From Phoronis australis (taxonomy: Eukaryota; Animalia; Phoronida): a stretch of DNA of 64,000 nt. The translations under genes were made by a program, and so were the position numbers. The stretch spans positions 223,256-287,255 of the forward strand of contig NMRA01000394.1 in the NCBI GenBank assembly GCA_002633005.1. Reading direction: 5' to 3'. The notes below the pieces were generated by a model that made no database searches, was not told where the DNA came from, and was given only the letters and a program-made list of their open reading frames with translations. Shown piece after piece: positions 49,078 to 60,854 of the stretch (position 1 is its first letter; each line of letters starts with the position of its first letter).

Positions 49078-49682
49078 TTGTTGATATGTGCTTCAAGTGA
49101 ACGAAAATCGTAAACGGAATCGAACATTCTGCACACGTTATAAACTGGCAAAAACACGACAGCGGAGCAGTGAAGTGATAGGTGACTAGTTTATCTCAGT
49201 TAGGACTAGCGTGATTACGAGATGTGCAGCACTTACCTGACAATCAACGGTTACTGCGGACAAAAAACAAAGAGGACACACAGGTCTTCTGGAATACGCT
49301 GATAAACAACACTTTCCGGAAAATCGAATTTATTACTCAGTTGTCATTTCATTCAACGGTAAATCAAGTGCACGGATGAAAATCAAAAGGTGTCGAATAT
49401 AGGAAACCCATTGGATCTTTAGACGTTAAAATTACACAGGAGCATATCCGTAGAATAAGTGTACGTCATTTGTCAAACGTCAGTTTGAAACCAATGTATA
49501 CGGGCATTGCCGGATTAGCTTGTTGGTGGAGACTTCACTGAGTCTTATTCGGTAGCTAGCATTTTTTCCACGATTGACAAACTCTAGTTCAAGACGTTTG
49601 GTTGATTGTCTTGATGACAAAGGGGCAGATGAACAAGCTTTGGCAACAATGAAGATAAACTTAATTACAATTGCGCCAAGAA

Positions 49683-50110
49683 CAAGGTACCTAGACTACA
49701 CAGTCAACGGACTCATAAACACGACTCACGGACCTGCAAACACCGTCCACTGACTCACAAACACGGGAACGGACTCAAAAACACGATCCACGCACCCAAA
49801 TACACGGGACACGGACTCACATTCACGAGGAAACACGGTTAACGGACCGCCAAACACGGGTCACGGACAAAATGAAGATGTCAGCTGACCCAGGAAGCCG
49901 ATGAGTCCGTGACCCGTGTTTGGCGGTCCGTTAAACGTGTTTCCTCGTGAATGTGAGTCCGTGTCCCGTGTATTTGGGTGCGTGGATCGTGTTTTTGAGT
50001 CCGTTCCCGTGTTTGTGAGTCCGTGGACGGTGTTTGCAGGTCCTTGAGTCGTGTTCATGCGTCCGTGCCCGTGTTTATGAGTCCGTTGACCGTGTAGTTT
50101 AGGTACCTTG
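49683..50110. mobile_element. 428-bp foldback element: 186/206-bp inverted arms built of ~21-bp sub-repeats, 36-bp spacer, 5-bp TSD AAGAA
   Basis: AAGAA|CAAGGTACCTAGACTACAC...GTGTAGTTTAGGTACCTTG|AAGAA. Arms are 49683-49868 and 49905-50110. The right arm carries one extra 20-bp unit. Confidence 0.92.
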
Positions 50111-51472
50111 AAGAAGAGTCAATGATTTTATAGACAAGGTCGTTGTTTCTGTTTTAATTTCTATGAATTTGACGTAATAGTTTAGTTTAACAATTTCAGA
50201 TAGATCGACATTAAAATTCCTAAAAAGGTGAAGCGTGACATAAGCTACGCCACGAAAGTCCGATATTAGAGCGTAGACGAGAATTACTAAACTGCTTTCT
50301 CCAATCCGCACATAATGCGTTTCTCCCATATTTAGTTGGAAACCTGTGGATTTATGAAACTGGTCTAGAAGACTTATTTGAGCAGTTCAAACAGAGCACC
50401 ATGTCAAAGTTTGAGTTCTTTGTCGCCAATTTTGACACCTCTAATATTGCTGTCAGTCTTAAACATTATAGACATCAACTCCGCACACAGGATTAATGTA
50501 TACTGCGACACTGGCTGACCACATGCTCGGCTTATGTAAAATATTCAGAGGTGAATCCTTGCGAAATCACACTAAGGTTATCGTTGTTGTTCAACAAGCG
50601 AACCAATTGAAATTGACAGCGTCCAAAGTTGAAATCTAAAACGCCATAACGCCATGAATAAAATTCCAGGACTCAGAATCAAAAGCTTTTGTTTTCAAAG
50701 TTAACCAGCACCAGCATAGCCGGGATGTTTTGGATGTCCGCTTAATGCATGCGTTCAAAAATAGTCCTGGTGTATTCACAAAAGCATCTTCCTTTTAAAC
50801 TAGTCTGAGTCTCGTTAATCAAAGAATCCATGACGCTTTTAATACAGCAACACAATCTGATTATACTGTGTAAGATGTATTCAGCAAAGAAATAGGTTTC
50901 CAGTTTCCCAAAGATTCTTTGAATTCCCAGGCCCCTAAGGAATGACGGCACTATATATATGGTTTCGTCTGTCCGGTAGGGATACGAGCTAGACTTTAAA
51001 CATCTCATAAGAAAGACTGACAAACCATCACAAAATTAGTTAAAGAATTATAGTGAAAAGCCATCGGTCTTGCGCCGAGTTAATTTTCATATTTTTCGGA
51101 GATTTGTCGCTTCAAAAATTGTTATGAGACCGTGTTAAAACGTGTTTGCTTATTCCAATGAAGACTTTCTGAAACTATTGTCCGTACAGACTGTAGGCTT
51201 ACATATATTTCCCTCAACAGATTCTTTCTTTCTAAAAATTAAAACAACGTTGCCACCGGTTATTTTGGGTGTCCGACAGTAGGTCGCGAAATATGACCTG
51301 CATACGTGCAAAACTATACAATGTGTAGGCTAACAACTTAAAGTTACTCAATCAACTGAACACTAAAGGACAATAGTAAAAATGGCGGACAGTTTGGCAG
51401 GACTGGAGTCGGGCGTTACTGGCTTTCAAAAAAGGCCACCACTTGTCCTATTAGGCCTATGATTATATTTTG

Positions 51473-52453
51473 TCACTGTGGCTTTGAACACGATGAACAA
51501 GTGCCCAGCATCAATTTGAATGCTTTTCTGAAAGTACTGAACGAGAACGCATAGACAAATGGGTTTACTAATGCAGACATGAGTGTCACTTCTGTAACCA
51601 CGATATCAAGCCATCCGCGCCACCAAAGTGATTCGTTGGGAAGAGACTTCTCGATGAACGTTGGCATTATACACATGATTTGTATAACCACCAAAGTCAC
51701 CGTGCTGCGTGTGATTTTTTTCTGCTGCAGAAGGTTTGAGCTGGGGGTGTTGAGAGAATCATGAACGACTCTTAACCGCTTTACCGTCTTGAAAGCCGCA
51801 ATGGCGTGCAGCGAGAAACTGACTACCAGAGGTACCAACAGGGTGACTGACAAAAATAAGGCACGGGATGTCTCGTCTGGCTGGAGATACTTCGCTGCGC
51901 ACATTTCAGTGGTCGGATCAAACTTTTCGTGATCTGTTGCAAAGAAATAAACCACAATAATGAGAGTGGGAATTATAAAAGCGGCGCACAAGATCTTGTA
52001 TATCACTCTTCTGTTGATAATCGTGTTATACCGATGTTCACACAGGATTACTAAGTACCGATCCACTCCAATCACCATCAGCACGGCATAGGAAAGTATT
52101 GGAGGCCATATTTGAAGAGCGACCAAGCATTTGCAAAGGAGTTTACTGGTAAGAAGTTCCTTTGGCAGAGTTCTCCACGTCAGTGGTACGATGCATTTCT
52201 TGAGAAGGTGTAAAGGTAGCGTCACCGCTCCAGACAGAAGGTCAGTGAATGCCAGTGCAGCTATAAATACATTGTGGTTTGGTTTCCGCACAAAGTGGTG
52301 CCATAGGAAAACAATCACAACGCAGCCGTTCATTACGACAATAGCTACTGCCATCACGGATTCAATTACGATGTGGTAAACCATAAGTTTACGAGGAATT
52401 GAAATATCTTCGTACCAGTGAAGAATTTGGACGCCGGCTGAGGAATTTTCCAT
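51473..52453 (-). CDS. Intronless rhodopsin-like (class A) GPCR, 326 aa, orphan (adenosine/amine-receptor-like fold)
   Basis: Seven hydrophobic segments. TM1 N (VMNG), TM2 LAFTD, TM3 Cys and GVDRY, ECL2 Cys, TM5 P, TM6 CIMP, TM7 NPFVY, helix 8 FRKAF. Confidence 0.92.
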   Translation of the reverse strand: MENSSAGVQILHWYEDISIPRKLMVYHIVIESVMAVAIVVMNGCVVIVFLWHHFVRKPNHNVFIAALAFTDLLSGAVTLPLHLLKKCIVPLTWRTLPKELLTSKLLCKCLVALQIWPPILSYAVLMVIGVDRYLVILCEHRYNTIINRRVIYKILCAAFIIPTLIIVVYFFATDHEKFDPTTEMCAAKYLQPDETSRALFLSVTLLVPLVVSFSLHAIAAFKTVKRLRVVHDSLNTPSSNLLQQKKITRSTVTLVVIQIMCIMPTFIEKSLPNESLWWRGWLDIVVTEVTLMSALVNPFVYAFSFSTFRKAFKLMLGTCSSCSKPQ

Positions 52454-52979
52454 TTCCGAGATGCACGCTTCAAAAGAATTAGCAACAGTGAATACACGTT
52501 CAGGATGCTGTCATTATTATGGACGTAACCGTTAAGACCGGAACTCACAGCACATTCGTTGCTCGCGCTTCGCCGTGATCTGCGCTGTGTCACGTTAGCA
52601 ATAACAGTTGTCGGAACTGTACATGTGTGGCAGAATGGATTGTGTAAGTTCAGATTACGAAGACGTTATGCTTTGTGACTGTGTGTGAACGGAAAGGAAT
52701 AGTTTAAAACAACCCCACCAGTTGATCACCTGTCAAATTAGAACACCCGCAAACACAATCTTGCGATATGTTAATTAGCTGATCTCTATTGGTCGATACA
52801 TACTACACAGAATCAGTGACAACCAATCACACCATTAGTCACCTTTCATTATGTTCAGTGTGTTCATGTTGATGGTATAGTGAATAATGGCGTGGCTTTG
52901 CTTGAGTAGAGACTGTGACAGCTCAATTGGCCACACGCTGTGACTATTTTCACTTTCCCGCTGGACTTTAAAGAAGAGC

Positions 52980-53138
52980 AGGCGTGCGTTCAGTAGAAGC
53001 CAGGACCTACGCTAGGACCTAGCTCACAAAATCTAGTCAAAGTCACGTGTTCTTATTTAAAATACACGGCAATATCTCACGTAATCTCGTGAAGTCTTGC
53101 TTTTTAGCGAGGTCCTAGCGTTACTGAACGGGAGGCAG
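52980..53138. mobile_element. Small MITE with CGTTCAGTA / CGCTAGGACCT inverted motifs (Harbinger-like ends)
   Basis: Left CGTTCAGTA...CGCTAGGACCT versus right AGGTCCTAGCGTTACTGAACG. It lies ~0.5 kb upstream of the GPCR ATG. Confidence 0.55.
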
Positions 53139-53355
53139 TTATGCCAATAGTTTGTGCAAGAAGCCCACTTGTTGGTGGACATGTCACACTTGCACGCGCC
53201 ATATTCATGTCCAAGGAGCTAAGAAACTTTCAATTAAAGTCACTTTTCATCTATTTTCTCGTTTTTAGGATACTAAATTCACGGTTTTGATATGCAGTGC
53301 TATAAAAGGTTTAATGAGGCTGACAATGTAGGCAGTAGTCAAAACAAAGTAAACG

Positions 53356-53428
53356 CAGTGCTGTAGTGGGGCGTAGGCTTTTGAACGTAGCGCCTACTTA
53401 CGCACCGTAAGTTGGGTTCACAGCACTG
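53356..53428. mobile_element. 73-bp hAT-like MITE nested in the 53200..53455 repeat, 8-bp TSD (7/8 match)
   Basis: AGTAAACG|CAGTGCTGT...ACAGCACTG|GGTAAACG. The empty site AGTAAATG is at 49050-49057 in the paralogous repeat. Confidence 0.85.
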
Positions 53429-54109
53429 GGTAAACGGTGGTTTTAAGCACTTTAAAACCAGTAACAACCCCTAATTAACACAAGTCAAATGTGTTGTTAA
53501 CTTAAAATGGAAATGATGGGGTAGGCCTAAAGCTACGCTATCTCCCTCTAAAGGGAGAACTTTAAGCAAACCAAAATTTTCAAACATCATATCTGCTATA
53601 TCATGCTAGACGATCCTGGTTCTCACACTTAAGTTCCAGAAATTAAAAATGTGATTCCTAATCCAAAAGCCAGCTAAGATTATTGCTGGTGTTCCTGTCA
53701 AAAGCCAGAGTTTTCATCTTTTCTTTTCAAAATGTAACGAAAATGCTGAGCAAAAATAACCCAAAACATCTAAAACTTAAATCCATTACGTCAAAAATAA
53801 AAACTATAAGAGTGCACATATTTCATCCTTGTTACTGAACCATGTAGCCCGTCAGGCAATCGTGTACATGTAGTTAGGGAAGGTGATCAACAAACATGGA
53901 TTCAGTTGACTTCAAGTTACGGATAGTACCCGGTATTCACTGGCAGCAAAGGTAAAACAGTGACAAATGTTTAATACCAGTAATTTCAAAATTATATTCA
54001 GATGGGTGAGGTGTGGCATCACACAGACTGACAGTGTTAATTAATTAAAATCATATAATGATAGCCATTAAACCAAGGTACAAGTTTTTTTAAAGAAAAA
54101 CCTGGTGTT

Positions 54110-54450
54110 TGTGTCAGGTTGCGTGATCGACGATGGCGAGAAGGTATCGGATTCTTCTGTTTGTGATTGGTGACACATGTCCAATAAAATCAGCAATGAT
54201 ACACTGAAACGGTCCTTTCAATGAGCGGTATCTCATTCAAAGGTACTTTAGAGATCCTGCCCTTTGGAGTTGTCGCTGACAGTTGTGAAATGTACTACAG
54301 AATCACTAACATCACCGGCGATACTTGGCCGATTAAAGCTATTGGTTATCCTATCACTGGCCTCGCTCCCACCAAGATGCCTAGCAAGCCAGCTAGCTGT
54401 ATGAACACTGTAGTTAGTATGCAGCTTTGCTCCAAGGCTGCAAAATGCCC
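54110..54450 (-). mobile_element. Gypsy/Ty3 LTR-retrotransposon integrase relic
   Basis: Frameshifted translation gives RHLGGSEASDRITNSFNRPSIAGDVS/FCSTFHNCQ/TTPKGRISKVPLNEIPLIE/PFQCIIADFIGHVSPITNRRIRYLLAIVDHAT*. This is the HHCC zinc-binding region plus the start of the catalytic core. Confidence 0.85.
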
Positions 54451-54859
54451 ACCTATTATTGTCTAGTGATCCAGTGCCCTGACATTTTGTCTATATTTGC
54501 AAGGAAAATCTAGCGCAACACTTTAGTGCAATAGCAAACTCGAGGTACATGGCCCCCATTTACTTCTGATATCGATATTGACATTGGCAACTGGTTCGTG
54601 CTGTCTCCTTTCTCAACAATCTCCAATTACTTATGAATGAAAGAAAGGGAATTGTTGCTGCTCTTCCTTCAACGAGTTCCTACGATGGATTTTTGTAGTT
54701 TTTGATTTTTTTAAATCGTGTATAATAATTTGATAACACACAGTCTAGGTAAGCAATCACTTATCTTGGGAAACATCTGAATTATAAAGAAAAACTAATG
54801 ATTTTTGGTTTCCCGCCACGTGCTGTCATCAGTGGTAGACGTTGATCAGTTGAAGGTAT

Positions 54860-54987
54860 CATGGGCGGCGCAACACTGAAAAAAGTGGAGGGGCTAAAGC
54901 CCCCTGAACCCCCCTGTGATGCATCGCCTATACACCATGTGGAGTGTAGCACTGGAAAAATTGGCCCCCTGTGGTGCGCCGCCCATG
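54860..54987. mobile_element. 128-bp MITE with CATGGGCGGCGCA TIR
   Basis: 17-bp TIR with 1 mismatch. Flanks GGTAT/AGTAC match at only 3 of 5 positions, so the TSD is uncertain. Confidence 0.75.
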
Positions 54988-56089
54988 AGTACATATGCAA
55001 CGGTGGATAGTAGCGATTTTTGTAAGATACGAATACTTAGAGAGCGAGCTTGACGATTATTATGAACACAGGCATAGAGATAAGGGTGAAGACAACACTC
55101 AGGCCGTAGGTGAAACAGCTAGGTGATGAGTTAAGCCTCACCTTAACGCGGCCTTAGCGTGTTAAGGCCGTACAAACTCGACTCTCCTTTACCGACGTCT
55201 TCAGCGAGTGAAGTCGAGTCGGTGTCTACCGGTACTCAGTCTGCGGACAGTCCTGATTTCAGAGTAGTAATTTGAGCCTTTCATTGAATCACGATTTAAT
55301 TTTGTAACCACGTCAGTGTCGAGTAATGTGCGTCTTGAACTGTAAAGTTTTTACCCTGACTGTCGAAGCCAGTCGCGAATAACGGACGATGATTTCATTT
55401 CTTCGAATGTCGCTTGCGTTTGTAAGGAACGATCACATCTAATTATAGTGATGGTAAATGGATTTTGTTTCTGGTAATTGATACTTGTTTCTGTATTATA
55501 TGTTCCAAAATCATTAAACATATTGTGCCGTTGTGATTCGTCGATTGGTTTGGTCCTGTGTCCCACTCCAGCCTTTGTGCCGGCTGCTGTAATGATTTCA
55601 AACTATTTGCGCGCCATATACATGTACATCCCATTTTCTACTATTAGACATTGAACGGATTGTTCTAAAACCACCTTGACCCCCTTGACCCCCACACCCC
55701 ACGACCCCCTCGACCCACGACTCACTCGATCCTCGACCCCATCGACCTACGACCACCTCGACCCACGGCCCATAACCCCTTCGATCCAGTGTAAACAAGC
55801 TCGACTCGATCTGAACACAGAACAAGTATCTCAACGTTACATAGAGTATATTGTAAACGAGTTTACAACAGAAACCAAATAATAAAAGTGCGGAATTATG
55901 TGCAATCACGTTAACGTACTCTCTCCCTAAGTTTAGTAGAACATTGGTAGCTGCTCGTAGAACTATTTCCGTGACAACGGCAGCATGCTCACAAACCACT
56001 ATTTCGGTTCTGATACCACTTTCTGATTTTAACCACCAGACTTGGGCCAGAACAGATTCGCGTGCAAGTAAGTCTCATGCGAAGGTCAC

Positions 56090-56216
56090 TCACTACTGTC
56101 CAACGCACGAACCTGTGCCATTTCTGGGCGATATTATGGTGTTTTAGAAACGCAAAAACTGAAATATTGGCTGTCCAATTGATGTTACTGCATCCTCCGT
56201 AAATGCAACTTTTCAT
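56090..56216 (-). pseudogene. Truncated THAP zinc-finger N-terminus (probable DNA-transposon accessory/transposase relic)
   Basis: MKSCIYGGCSN...SVFAFLK...QKWHRFVR matches the THAP pattern MxxCxxxxCxN...SxFxFP...W. The conserved Pro is replaced by Leu and there is no intact CxxHF or AVP box. Confidence 0.65.
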
Positions 56217-56479
56217 ATTTATAATTCAGTCGAATTAAGTTCTCGATACCAGTTTGGCTCGCGGCTGACGTAGAACGACAAAATGGTGGACGGATCGGAT
56301 CCACTCATGACGTCATGCAAAGTTATTTAATTTTTACATTTATTTCTTGATTAAAAGTACACAAATTGAAGAGAAAATACTTAGAATATTATGCTAAAAT
56401 TGTTGGTAACCGAATTCAAGCATTTATGACCATAGTGTAAAGGGTTTAAATGTTTTAACAAAAGTTAGGTTATGACTGT

Positions 56480-57900
56480 TTATACATATAGCAAAATTAG
56501 GCATTAACTTTGAGATATTTTTCTAAGGAAAGTGGAATACCATGTATTTACTTTTGGTGACCAATAGCTTATTATTGATTGCAGTTTCGTTGTTTGTTGC
56601 TTTTGTAGACGAAGGTGTGTACATAAGACAGACATCATCAGCATACATAAGGGTCTCAAGGGAAGTGAATTTGTGAAGGCCATTAACATAAAGAAGAAAA
56701 GGAGGGAAAATGAATAAATCCTTCGGATACACCTGTCAAGGTAGTGGATTTTGGGAGAGTCAATTGTCAAATAATACATATTGCTGTCAATTGAATGCCG
56801 TAAAAAAAAATTTTATTTAGCAAGATACCATGGTCTGTTGTGTCAAAGGCTTTTGAAAGGACTAAAAGAATGGTTGTTGGGTTTACAGTATCTCCCTGTG
56901 CAGATGTCCGTCAATTCTGTCAGGGAGTTCGAGTGCTGCAAAGTTTGTTGAACTTATTTTCTGAAAACCATATTGATGTTCACAAAAGACATTGCTCGTA
57001 GTAAGGCAGTCATTAAGCTGGTCGTGTGCAATTTTTTTCGAATAATTTTGGGAAGGCAGAAAGTAGAGGGATGGGCCTGCATTTGCTAATATTGCATTCA
57101 TCTAAGTCAATTCCTTGATATATAGGCAAGACTATTCTCAAACACTGATTGATGGTGATGATAGCGAGGGGCTTGATAATGAGTAATCAATTCCATGAGC
57201 CTTTTGGAAATGTCGTCAAATGCTGTGCTATATTTCAATTTGATTTTGCTCAAGGATTGTAGACATTGTTTTCGTTCACTGTTTGAAATTTGAATTTTGC
57301 TTGATTGGATGAGGTACGTAGGGACAAATTTAGAGTGAACGTGAACTGGTAATTGCTAAGAGAGTGATGGTCCAATAAAGAAGTTGTTAATTCATGAGCT
57401 ACTGGCGTTTTATGGAATACCTTATCTGTTTGAATTCTTAGATGTTCTGAATTTTGAAGAGTTTTCGTTTGATTTGAAAACATTCTTAAACACATTCCTT
57501 CTCTAATGTTCGAATCTTGTATATTTTTGTCAAGTTTTTTGGGATATTAATGTTTCTTTACAGTTCAAATAAGTAATTCTTACCGTAGGTACTCAGGTTC
57601 CTCTTTCGCTCCTCAAGTAGTGGGCTACTTGTGAATGAAACTCGTATTTGTGTACAGTTTTTCTTTGTATTTTATTGAATAAAGAAGACCTTGTATCGTA
57701 TGTGCTGGATGCATTATGTACCTTGCAATTATCACCGCACGACATCAACGCCCTAGTGACCTGTATTATGCGCATATTTCGACTAAAGCACTTTGTTTTG
57801 TCATAGTTAACATAATCATTCACCATTCCATAAGTAGCATAAGTATTTCCTGTTAAGTGATCAATTATCTTCGGAAACGCGCCGCGTGCAGCGAAAGCAA
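56480..57900 (-). mobile_element. Decayed CR1/L2-type LINE ORF2 (end of endonuclease/linker plus reverse transcriptase)
   Basis: Ordered fragments on -: FKFQTVNE, KIAHDQL...HQYGFQKISSTNFAALEL.DRI, LSKAFDTTDHGILLNK, TGVSEG (GVPQG equivalent), FLLYVNGL...LMYADD. Confidence 0.88.
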
Positions 57901-59446
57901 CATTCTTGGATCGCTTCCAAAATGTGCGCAACAGCATTACAGTGTGTGTATACAGCAACGTCACTCATCCTAACTTGCCCAAACAGATGTGAGTTTAATC
58001 CCCGTGCTCTCTCTCTCCCCACAGCAAGACAACAAACGCTGTTTTCAATAGCAATGCATGCTGAAACATTCAAAAAATGAAAAATCTCATTAGGTTAGTA
58101 AATTCTGTTATCTTGGAGAATTTCAATAAGACAAACCAATTTTGGACCGGGCATTTGCATTTTAATACTATTTGTTGAGTATTTACATAGTTATTTCAAA
58201 ATATCTGGCAACAACATCGACGTTTTTGTTAATTAGGTCAAAAATGTCTTGCTGCTGTGGCTATCTCACTACCAATATATTTAAAAATATCTATCATTCG
58301 TCAAAGTTTGGTATATTAGTGAAATGCGACGTTCATTAAAAATCAATATTGTTGTCACTTCCTCGTGTTTTCGTTTGAGACGATAACAGAGCACGGAGAA
58401 ACATATGGCCGGCAATCAGACCCAAAAGAGGAGTATAAAATAACGAATTTGGTCATTTTTAAACAACGTTAGACAAGCACGTCATTTACCATAATACGAA
58501 TCCGATATTAAACGAACGTATTTTAAACAAACAAGTTGGTATTTAAATAAACGTAACAATCTCCTCGGATGAACGTGTCATTTGGCCAACGCTGCAGCCT
58601 AACAAGACCCACTCACACCAACAGAACAGTTAAACTGCATGCTCAAGTTCAGGTGAAGTACTCGTGTACAGCACCCTTGAACCTTTTTGTCAGGTTTCTT
58701 TTTGCTCGTTCGAAACTGTCCTGTTGGTCGGCTCAAAACTGTCTCGTTCGTTCGCAAGAGTCGCTTATGTATGACATGATTAATGAATCAGTACATTTAG
58801 TAAAATTGCTACCTATCAACGCATTTAATATAAATTTCCAAGATGAAATCTCCAAAAATGCGCTTATATTTTTCTAAGCTATCGTTTCGATTTTGTTTAT
58901 GCAGCTTTTGATTATTTTCATGAAAATCATAAAAACATCCCTTTTGACAACTCCTCATGAAAAATTGGAATATATAAAACAGTCCATAAGCATTTTGGAG
59001 AACATGTACATGTACACCGTATTATGTGAACGTTTCACACAAATCAGTTCAGTTATTTCTGACCCTGACGTTCAATAATAGCCAAACTTCGACATTTTTG
59101 TATAAGGTCCTACATGTACATAACTTAATCGTTCGAAAACGTCTGGTTGGTATGAAAACTTCTAACCCTACTAATCATTGTTTGAATATGACACATCAGT
59201 CTTTTTTGCTTTGATATACCGCTTCTTCTTTTGACTGATGACATGTTTGTTCGATGTAGTCGTCTTGGTAATAAAAAATGGCCTGTTCGTCTGACAAGAT
59301 TGGTTTGTCTCTTAAACTGTTCACCTGTCTCATTGGTTTGTTCAATTCTTCTATTTGTCCCAATTAGCCACCATAGAAAGGCTTACAACACAACAAATGA
59401 ATGTACAATCGTTGAATTTGCAAATTATTTTCGTTGTTTGTGAGTC

Positions 59447-59622
59447 CATGCATGCACCCAGGGGGGCTCGTGGGGCTCGAACGACCCCCNNNCCCCCCCC
59501 CCCTATTTGGCGAAGTGGCAATTTTTTTTCTTTTTTAGTCCGCCCGCTTTTTTGTTACCAAAAGGTCCACAACGTCAGGAATTTGAGCCCCCCCTCCATA
59601 TTGAAGACTGGGTGCGCGCATG
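59447..59622 (-). mobile_element. MITE, CATGC..CACCCAG TIR family (shorter, opposite orientation), 5-bp TSD GAGTC
   Basis: GAGTC|CATGCATGCACCCAG...CTGGGTGCGCGCATG|GAGTC. It sits just downstream of the TEX56-like stop codon. Confidence 0.88.
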
Positions 59623-59777
59623 GAGTCCATATTTATTGCACAAAACTAAGCAGTAACTTCATTTATTCGGGCTCAGCTAGAACTGTTTACAGGCAAACCA
59701 TCGGATGTGCACCTGTGCAAATTGAGCAACACTGATGAAGAAGTGGCGGCAGACGTGCTGACAAACTTACTATCAAT

Positions 59778-60129
59778 TTATTTGCAAATTAGCCTCGCCT
59801 GTCGATTAACTTGTTCTCTGCACTGGTACGTCTTGTTCTTCATAAATGTGTGATACCATAAACACATTATCATGTTTTCTTCTCTGCCAATGTGACAAGT
59901 CGCTACAGCCTCACAGGCGTCTTTGAGGTTCTCGAATATCACGAAAGCCGTATTTTCGGATGTCATAGTAATCTTGCGGATTGGACCAAACAGAATCATC
60001 CAATCACGAACATCGTTTGACGTGTACCCAGGGTCGTTAATCTTGACACGCCAGCGTAAGGTCACTGTTGCTACGGGCGCTTGTAAATGGGCGTTCGCAT
60101 ACCTTTGGGTGCGCACCTGTTTTTCTAGC
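59778..60129 (-). CDS. TEX56/C6orf201 (DUF4523)-like protein, last coding exon (RRM-like fold)
   Basis: Acceptor TTTTCACACAG in a frame compatible with the upstream exon. The peptide APVATVTLRW...FGPIRKITMTSENTAFVIFENLKDACEAV...CLWYHTFM resembles, from memory, the DUF4523 pattern PPMSTIVVRW...FGPIQSVT...SAIVAF...AC.AV...CSWQQRFM. Confidence 0.75.
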
Positions 60130-60854
60130 CTGTGTGAAAATTGAAGATCTACATTGTAAACGATCAGAGCATAAAATTAAACTATAACTTTGTTTTTATA
60201 GTTTACATTAGCAAAATTAATTTTCAACGAAAAGGTCATATTGAAGCTGCAGTTTCACACTGTTTTGCTGGCTAAAAATTGAAAATCGAATGAGACTTTC
60301 TACTCTCATAAAAGCGGCCTCATAACACATGTATTCTTCACCGTTATAGGATTCTTTTACCGCCACCAACAAGAACATCGAAACCATCAGCGACTCAGGA
60401 AAACCAGCACCTCTGTTTATCAAGGTTGACCAACCGAACGTGTAAGAAAATGGCTCGTATACGCGTTACCTGCTACTTGTATTTCCGAAGGTTCAACATT
60501 AATTCGATATCGGAGGAGCGTGCGTTTAATTCCGACGCGCTTCTGTTTAGAATTCAACATCGACATCTGAACAGGGCAAGAAATGAAGGTTTAAAAATGT
60601 CATCCGTCTGTTTCAACCTCTATTTGTCTTAACATTGGCACTTTTTTGTATTTGACTCCGTAACGTTATTTTTGATGCAATGTGGTTGAATTGCGTACGC
60701 AAAGAAGCAAGAAGTGGTATGCACTTAGCTGAAATATTAAATTGTACAAGTGTCAGAAACACCATGGCGTCTCTCGTCAAAGTATGAGAATGTGCAGAAT
60801 TGTGTTTATAATGCCATGGTTAACACTGACCTGCACCATTACCAGTTACGTTAC

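Noticed and set aside
49683-50110. Sub-repeat array as CRISPR-like or coding (65-aa ORF 49861..50058)
   Set aside because: Fully explained by the inverted arms of a foldback element.
57593-58073. 123-aa and 70-aa minus ORFs as extra exons of the TEX56-like gene
   Set aside because: That gene stops at 59778. The 123-aa ORF is collinear with, and better explained as, the LINE ORF2 region upstream of the RT.
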